A DNA stretch of 37,314 bases, taken from a virus. Position 1 is the stretch's first letter. Each line of letters begins with the position of its first letter. Of the stretch, positions 33,109-37,314 are shown one piece after another. The translations under genes and the position numbers were made by a program. The DNA lies in IMG/VR virus record IMGVR_UViG_3300006056_000014, positions 1-37,314 of that record; one strand, written 5' to 3'. The notes beneath the pieces were generated by a model. That model searched no databases. It was not told the DNA's origin and saw only the letters and a program-made list of their open reading frames with translations.

Positions 33109-34452
33109 ATGAGCTTCGGCGTTAATTCGTTTGGCGTTGGTTCGTTCGGATCACTAGCTGAGGTGTCTGGTGGCGGCTCGTCCGTCACCTTGACCATTCA
33201 GGACACAGCTCAATCGCAGACGCTGGAAGCGTTCTCGCTATCATCCAACGGCGCATCCGATCTAGGTATTCAGGATGTATCCCAGGCGCAATCCATCGCC
33301 AATGCTACGCTCAGCATCATCCCTGCAGTCGATTTCAAAGTCGCTATCCTCGGTGATTCAAACGCCTCCGGTCGAGGTTCTTTCTCTCAGACCAACAGCG
33401 CATCCAATGCGTGGCTTTACGATGTGTCCGGGAACATAGTGACACTTGCTGATCCATGGGATTCTGGCTCTGATACCTATTCGGTGTTGAGCGACAGCGG
33501 TAGCGCTGGCGGCTCCTATGTTCAGCATCTGGCAGACCTGTTGTCTGCAGCAGGCAAGTCAACGCTATGGATACCTGCCAATAAGGGGGGCATAAAGGCG
33601 TCTGACTGGGCCTACAGCACCAACACAACTACCTGCTACGGCGCCATGAAGGCGAGGATTGATGCGGCTGGCGGGGCTGACGTCATCATCATACATCTGG
33701 GGGCAAATGATGCGATTAGTGCTGTTTCGCAAGCGACATTCACTAGCCAAATGAATGCGATTATCGGGCATCTGGTCACAGACTTCCCGACTGCAAAAAT
33801 CTACTTGCAGAAGATTCACCACAACAGCTCAGCAACCACAACCAATATCGACAATATCAGGGCTGCTGTTGACGATATCTGGAACGGGTCTAGCGGCTGC
33901 CGACGCGGCGCCGACCTTGAAGGGATCTCGACCGGTGTCCATTACGGGCAGACTGGCAACACGACGACCTGCACTTCTGAGCTCAACGAAGTCGCCTTGC
34001 GCACGTTCAATGCGGCATTTGGTGCTGGCCTTGTTGTCCAAGACATAGGCCAGGCGCAAGCTGTGTCATCGGTGACTTTAGCTATCGAAGCGGTGCTGAA
34101 TGTTGCTGACATAGGGCAATCTCAGTCTATCGATGCCATCAGTCTTTCTGCGGCAACCACGCTGTCAATATCCGACCTGTTCCAGGATGGCATGCTTGAA
34201 AATGTGTCGATCTATGACGATTCATCGCTCAACCTGCAGATTTTCAGCGTCGCGCAGATGCAGGAAATCGATTCAATAGCTTTGTCGTCGTCGGCATGGC
34301 TATCGATATCTGGCATGGGGCAGGCTAGTCAGATCAGCCACGTTGCGCTATCGCTCCCCGGCCAGTTCGTTCGCGCCCCGGCCGGTAGCGGCCCAAGCAT
34401 TATCCGGCCAGTCGGCCAGCGCCCGCCCAACACCGGCGGGCAGCGAATCTGA
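33109..34452 (+). CDS. SGNH/GDSL-type hydrolase flanked by ~22-aa peptide repeats
   Basis: Block I VAILGDSNASGRG, block III IIIHLGANDA. There are two N-terminal and five C-terminal copies of an L.IQD..Q.Q.....LS-like repeat. Confidence 0.65.
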   Translation: MSFGVNSFGVGSFGSLAEVSGGGSSVTLTIQDTAQSQTLEAFSLSSNGASDLGIQDVSQAQSIANATLSIIPAVDFKVAILGDSNASGRGSFSQTNSASNAWLYDVSGNIVTLADPWDSGSDTYSVLSDSGSAGGSYVQHLADLLSAAGKSTLWIPANKGGIKASDWAYSTNTTTCYGAMKARIDAAGGADVIIIHLGANDAISAVSQATFTSQMNAIIGHLVTDFPTAKIYLQKIHHNSSATTTNIDNIRAAVDDIWNGSSGCRRGADLEGISTGVHYGQTGNTTTCTSELNEVALRTFNAAFGAGLVVQDIGQAQAVSSVTLAIEAVLNVADIGQSQSIDAISLSAATTLSISDLFQDGMLENVSIYDDSSLNLQIFSVAQMQEIDSIALSSSAWLSISGMGQASQISHVALSLPGQFVRAPAGSGPSIIRPVGQRPPNTGGQRI

Positions 34453-34457
34453 CCACC

Positions 34458-34479
34458 AACCGCCTCCGGGCGGTTTTTT
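34458..34479 (+). terminator. Intrinsic terminator, member 2 of the repeated family
   Basis: CCACCAACCGCC TCCG GGCGGTT TTTT. Confidence 0.65.
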
Positions 34480-34496
34480 ACGACCACGGAAAACCC

Positions 34497-35066
34497 ATGA
34501 CCTACAAAGTCGTCACCGCGCCGGCCGTCGAGCCCGTCACGCTGGAAGATGCCAAGTGGCATTGCCGCGCCGACGATGCAGACGACACCCTGCTGGGTGC
34601 CCTGATCGTCGCCGCCCGGGAATCCGCCGAGCATGAAACCGGCCGCTCCCTCTGCACGCAAACCCGCGAGCTGGTTCTCGACGCCTTCCCGGAAGCCTTC
34701 GTCCTGCGCGGGGCGCCGATCCAGTCGTTGGTCTCGCTCAAGTACCTGGATACTGACGGCGTCGAACAGACGCTCGACCCGCAAGACACCCTGCTCGACA
34801 AAGACAGCGAACCCGGCTACCTGCTGCCTGCCTACGGCAAAGCCTGGCCGGCCAGCTACCCGGTCCCCAACGCCGTCCGCGTTCGCTACACCTGCGGCTA
34901 CGGCGATGCCTCGGCTGTGCCGCAAGCCATCAAGCAATGGATGCTGCTGGCCATCGGCGCCATGTACGCCCAGCGCGAAACCTTCACTGCTGGGCAAGTC
35001 GCCATGCTGCCGGATCGCTTCTGGCACCGTCTGCTCGACCCCTATCGCCTGTACGAGGTCGCCTGA
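34497..35066 (+). CDS. Head-tail connector (gp6-like)
   Basis: 189 aa. The N-terminus VEPVTLEDAKWHCRADDADDTLLGALIVAARESAEHETGRSL is typical of gp6-like connectors. Confidence 0.7.
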   Translation: MTYKVVTAPAVEPVTLEDAKWHCRADDADDTLLGALIVAARESAEHETGRSLCTQTRELVLDAFPEAFVLRGAPIQSLVSLKYLDTDGVEQTLDPQDTLLDKDSEPGYLLPAYGKAWPASYPVPNAVRVRYTCGYGDASAVPQAIKQWMLLAIGAMYAQRETFTAGQVAMLPDRFWHRLLDPYRLYEVA

Positions 35067-35401
35067 TGATCGCCGCCGGTGAATTCGATCAGAGGATCAC
35101 CTTCCAGCAAAAGTCGGTGACCAGGAATGGCCTCGGCGAAGAGGTCGTCACCTGGGTAGATGTTGCCACCGTCTGGGCCAAGGTCATGCCCCTGCGCGGC
35201 AATGCATTTTTTGCCGCGAACCAGCAACAGCACGTCATCGATGCCCGCTTCCTGATTCGCGATCGCGCCGGGCTAGCCACCGACATGCGCCTGCAGTGGA
35301 AGTCAGCGCCCTACGACATTACCAACTTGATCCCTGGTACCGGCCCGTATGTCGGCACCATCGAGGTCACGGCAATCCATGGAGCGAAAGATGGCCGATA
35401 A
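35066..35401 (+). CDS. Head closure/head-tail adaptor protein
   Basis: MIAAGEFDQRITFQQ...VWAKVMPLRGNAFFAANQ... (111 aa), SPP1 gp16-like pattern. Confidence 0.7.
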   Translation: MIAAGEFDQRITFQQKSVTRNGLGEEVVTWVDVATVWAKVMPLRGNAFFAANQQQHVIDARFLIRDRAGLATDMRLQWKSAPYDITNLIPGTGPYVGTIEVTAIHGAKDGR

Positions 35402-35594
35402 ATACAAAATCGTCAGCCAAGACGGAACGACGAAAATATTCGATCCGTCTGGTGCAGAGATCAGGAACTGTCGATCGCTGAAAATCGAGTCAGTGGCTGG
35501 CCGGTTGGTGGCATTCATTGAGTTGATTGCGTTCTCTCCGGAGATTGATTTGGAGGTTGTTGAATCGCCCGGATCAGATAGCAATGGCCGATAA
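35391..35594 (+). CDS. Small hypothetical protein
   Basis: 67 aa, MADKYKIVSQDGTTKIFDPSGAEI... Confidence 0.4.
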   Translation: MADKYKIVSQDGTTKIFDPSGAEIRNCRSLKIESVAGRLVAFIELIAFSPEIDLEVVESPGSDSNGR

Positions 35595-36084
35595 CATCAC
35601 CGCCCGCATCGAAGGTCTCGACGACCTCAAGCGCGTCCTCGATGAGCTGCCGAAGCAGTTGCGCAAGAAGGTTGTGCTGGGCGCCCTCAGAAAAGCCGCC
35701 CGGGTGCCGCTGCTGGCCGCTCGGCAGGTTGTGCCGGTCATGTCGTCGGCGACCGCCGCCGCGGCGCCGTACCGTACGCCGGGCCTGCTCAAGCGCCGTC
35801 TGATGGTCCGCACCAGCAAATCGTCCGGTCGCGCTGGCAACGTCGGCGTCTTCATCAACGTCAAGCCCCTGAAGTCCGCGGCAATTCGAGGATTCAAGCG
35901 CATCGTCGGCAAGTCCAGCCGGAACCCGGTCGATCCGTTTTACTGGCGCTTCGTCAATTTCGGTACCAAGAAGATGCCAAAGCGGGATTTCATGAGCAAG
36001 GCCGTCGAGGCATTGCCGCAAGCGCTTGACGTTTTCAAGGCCCAGATCGCTCCAGTCATCCAATGGTGGAATAGCCGCAAATGA
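35584..36084 (+). CDS. HK97 gp10-like neck/tail-completion protein
   Basis: MADNITARIEGLDDLKRVLDELPKQLRKKV...FVNFGTKKMPKRDFM. Confidence 0.7.
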   Translation: MADNITARIEGLDDLKRVLDELPKQLRKKVVLGALRKAARVPLLAARQVVPVMSSATAAAAPYRTPGLLKRRLMVRTSKSSGRAGNVGVFINVKPLKSAAIRGFKRIVGKSSRNPVDPFYWRFVNFGTKKMPKRDFMSKAVEALPQALDVFKAQIAPVIQWWNSRK

Positions 36085-36437
36085 GCGCCGAAACCCAACT
36101 CTATTCCGCCCTGTCCGGACGGACTGAACTGACTGAACTGGTTGGGACGCGCATCTATCCCGATGCCATCCCGGAAAACTCCCCATTGCCAGCCGTCGTC
36201 TATGTTCGGTCGAGCACCAACCCGACCTACACCATCGGCGGCACGTTGGTCTGCGAAGACGTCCGGCTGTCGGTCACCGCCTGGGCGCCAACCCGTACCG
36301 AAGCCGAGGCCGTCGCCGATCAGATCCGGTCCGCCATCGATGGCGCCGGCCATCCCATCGCTGACCGCGCCAGCGGCTTCGACAACGAAGTCGGTCTGTT
36401 TGCCGTCACCATCGAAACTGACTGGTTTCACACGTAG
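36081..36437 (+). CDS. Tail terminator/completion protein (DUF3168-like)
   Basis: 118 aa, LYSALSG...LVGTRIYPDAIPENSPLPAVVY pattern. Confidence 0.65.
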   Translation: MSAETQLYSALSGRTELTELVGTRIYPDAIPENSPLPAVVYVRSSTNPTYTIGGTLVCEDVRLSVTAWAPTRTEAEAVADQIRSAIDGAGHPIADRASGFDNEVGLFAVTIETDWFHT

Positions 36438-36457
36438 CACCGTAGTACTCCACCACC

Positions 36458-36480
36458 AACCGCCTTCGGGCGGTTTTTTT
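36458..36480 (+). terminator. Intrinsic terminator, member 3 of the repeated family
   Basis: CCACCACCAACCGCC TTCG GGCGGTT TTTTT. Confidence 0.65.
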
Positions 36481-36502
36481 ACGTCCATCGAAAGGGCAAA
36501 TC

Positions 36503-37150
36503 ATGGCCACTGCAAAGAAATGGTCGAACGTCGCTGTAGCAATGCAGTCGGCACTCGGCGCTGCAATCACTCTGACCGCGATCACCAAGGCCGCGGCCGG
36601 TGTCGTCACCACCTCCGCTGCGCATGGTTTGAGCAACGGCGATTATGTCGTTCTCTCCGTCCAGGGTATGCGTCAGGTTGATGACCGCGTCTTCCGCGTA
36701 TCTAGCGCTTCAGGCTCCACCTTCACGCTGGAAGGCGAAGACACCACTGCCTTCGACACCTTCACCAGCGGCACGGCGCAGAAGATCACCTTCGGCACCT
36801 CGATCACTACGGCGACCAGCCTGTCGTCGTCCGGCGGCGAGTTTGACTTCCTCGATACCACCACCATCCATCAGGCGGCACGCTCGCAGATGCCTGGACT
36901 GCCGTCGGCTGCCTCGTTCGGCTTCGACAATATCTGGGATGTTTCCGATGCTGGCCTCAAGGCCATGAAGTCGGCCTCCGATGCCCAGGCCAAGCGTGCC
37001 TTCATGTTCACCTTCGGTGCCGGCGGCCAGATCATGGTCTTCAACGGCTACGTCGGTGCCTCGCTGTTGCCTGGCGGTGCTGCGCAGCAACTGGTGACGA
37101 CGAAGACGACGATCACCATGAACGGCACGCCGACCTACTACGCGAGCTAA
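36503..37150 (+). CDS. Major tail (tube) protein
   Basis: 215 aa, located immediately upstream of the G/GT chaperone with a beta-rich composition. Confidence 0.75.
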   Translation: MATAKKWSNVAVAMQSALGAAITLTAITKAAAGVVTTSAAHGLSNGDYVVLSVQGMRQVDDRVFRVSSASGSTFTLEGEDTTAFDTFTSGTAQKITFGTSITTATSLSSSGGEFDFLDTTTIHQAARSQMPGLPSAASFGFDNIWDVSDAGLKAMKSASDAQAKRAFMFTFGAGGQIMVFNGYVGASLLPGGAAQQLVTTKTTITMNGTPTYYAS

Positions 37151-37153
37151 CCC

Positions 37154-37314
37154 ATGAGCCTTGCTGAAAAACTCCGCAAGGCTCGCGAAGTGAAGGTTGA
37201 AGCCGCCGGCTTCACCTTCACCATTCGCCGGCCAACCGCGCTGGAAATGATCGAACTGCAAAAACAGTCCGCCGCCCGGGCTGTCCTGCCTTTCGTTGTC
37301 GGCTGGGAAGGTGT
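37154..37314 (+). CDS. Tail assembly chaperone (gpG-like), 5' part; continues at nt 81 of the window
   Basis: ATG 37154 gives MSLAEKLRKAREVKVEAAGFTFTIRRPTALEMIELQKQ... The last 80 nt duplicate nt 1-80. Confidence 0.8.
   Translation, partial: MSLAEKLRKAREVKVEAAGFTFTIRRPTALEMIELQKQSAARAVLPFVVGWEG
37235..37314. repeat. Terminal direct repeat copy 2 (identical to 1-80)
   Basis: Exact 80-nt identity with the window start. Confidence 0.95.

Overview
The window is a complete, circularly permuted genome of a GC-rich temperate siphovirus-like phage or prophage. Its unique length is 37,234 nt, because nt 1-80 recur exactly at 37235-37314. Plus strand, first block: a lambda-like tail module (G/GT chaperone with a -1 frameshift, tape measure, gpM/L/K-like proteins, a gpI-gpJ fusion, a Gly-rich fibre-like protein), then a lysis cassette (two holin-like proteins, a GH19 endolysin, embedded spanins). 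Plus strand, after the minus-strand block: cro, a CII(CP76)-like regulator, a RecA-fold replication ATPase followed by an iteron origin, a Q-like protein and an HNH endonuclease. These are followed by terS/terL, an HK97-type portal/protease/capsid set, several head-region accessory proteins (including an SGNH esterase with flanking peptide repeats), connector/neck proteins and the major tail protein. The minus-strand block (11.9-19.2 kb) holds a cI-like repressor flanked by five copies of a GTAAC-TATG-GTTAC operator palindrome, arranged like OR and OL. It also holds a tightly packed 6.1 kb leftward operon that carries a complete diversity-generating retroelement (DGR): reverse transcriptase, Avd, one 98-nt template repeat (TR) and three 98-nt variable repeats (VR). 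Of the 37 VR/TR differences, 36 fall on TR adenines. The three DGR targets are not tail proteins. They are small, stand-alone DUF1566/C-type-lectin-like proteins with no signal peptide or virion-anchoring domain. This is the most interesting feature of the window. No integrase, transposase, partition gene, tRNA or CRISPR array was found.
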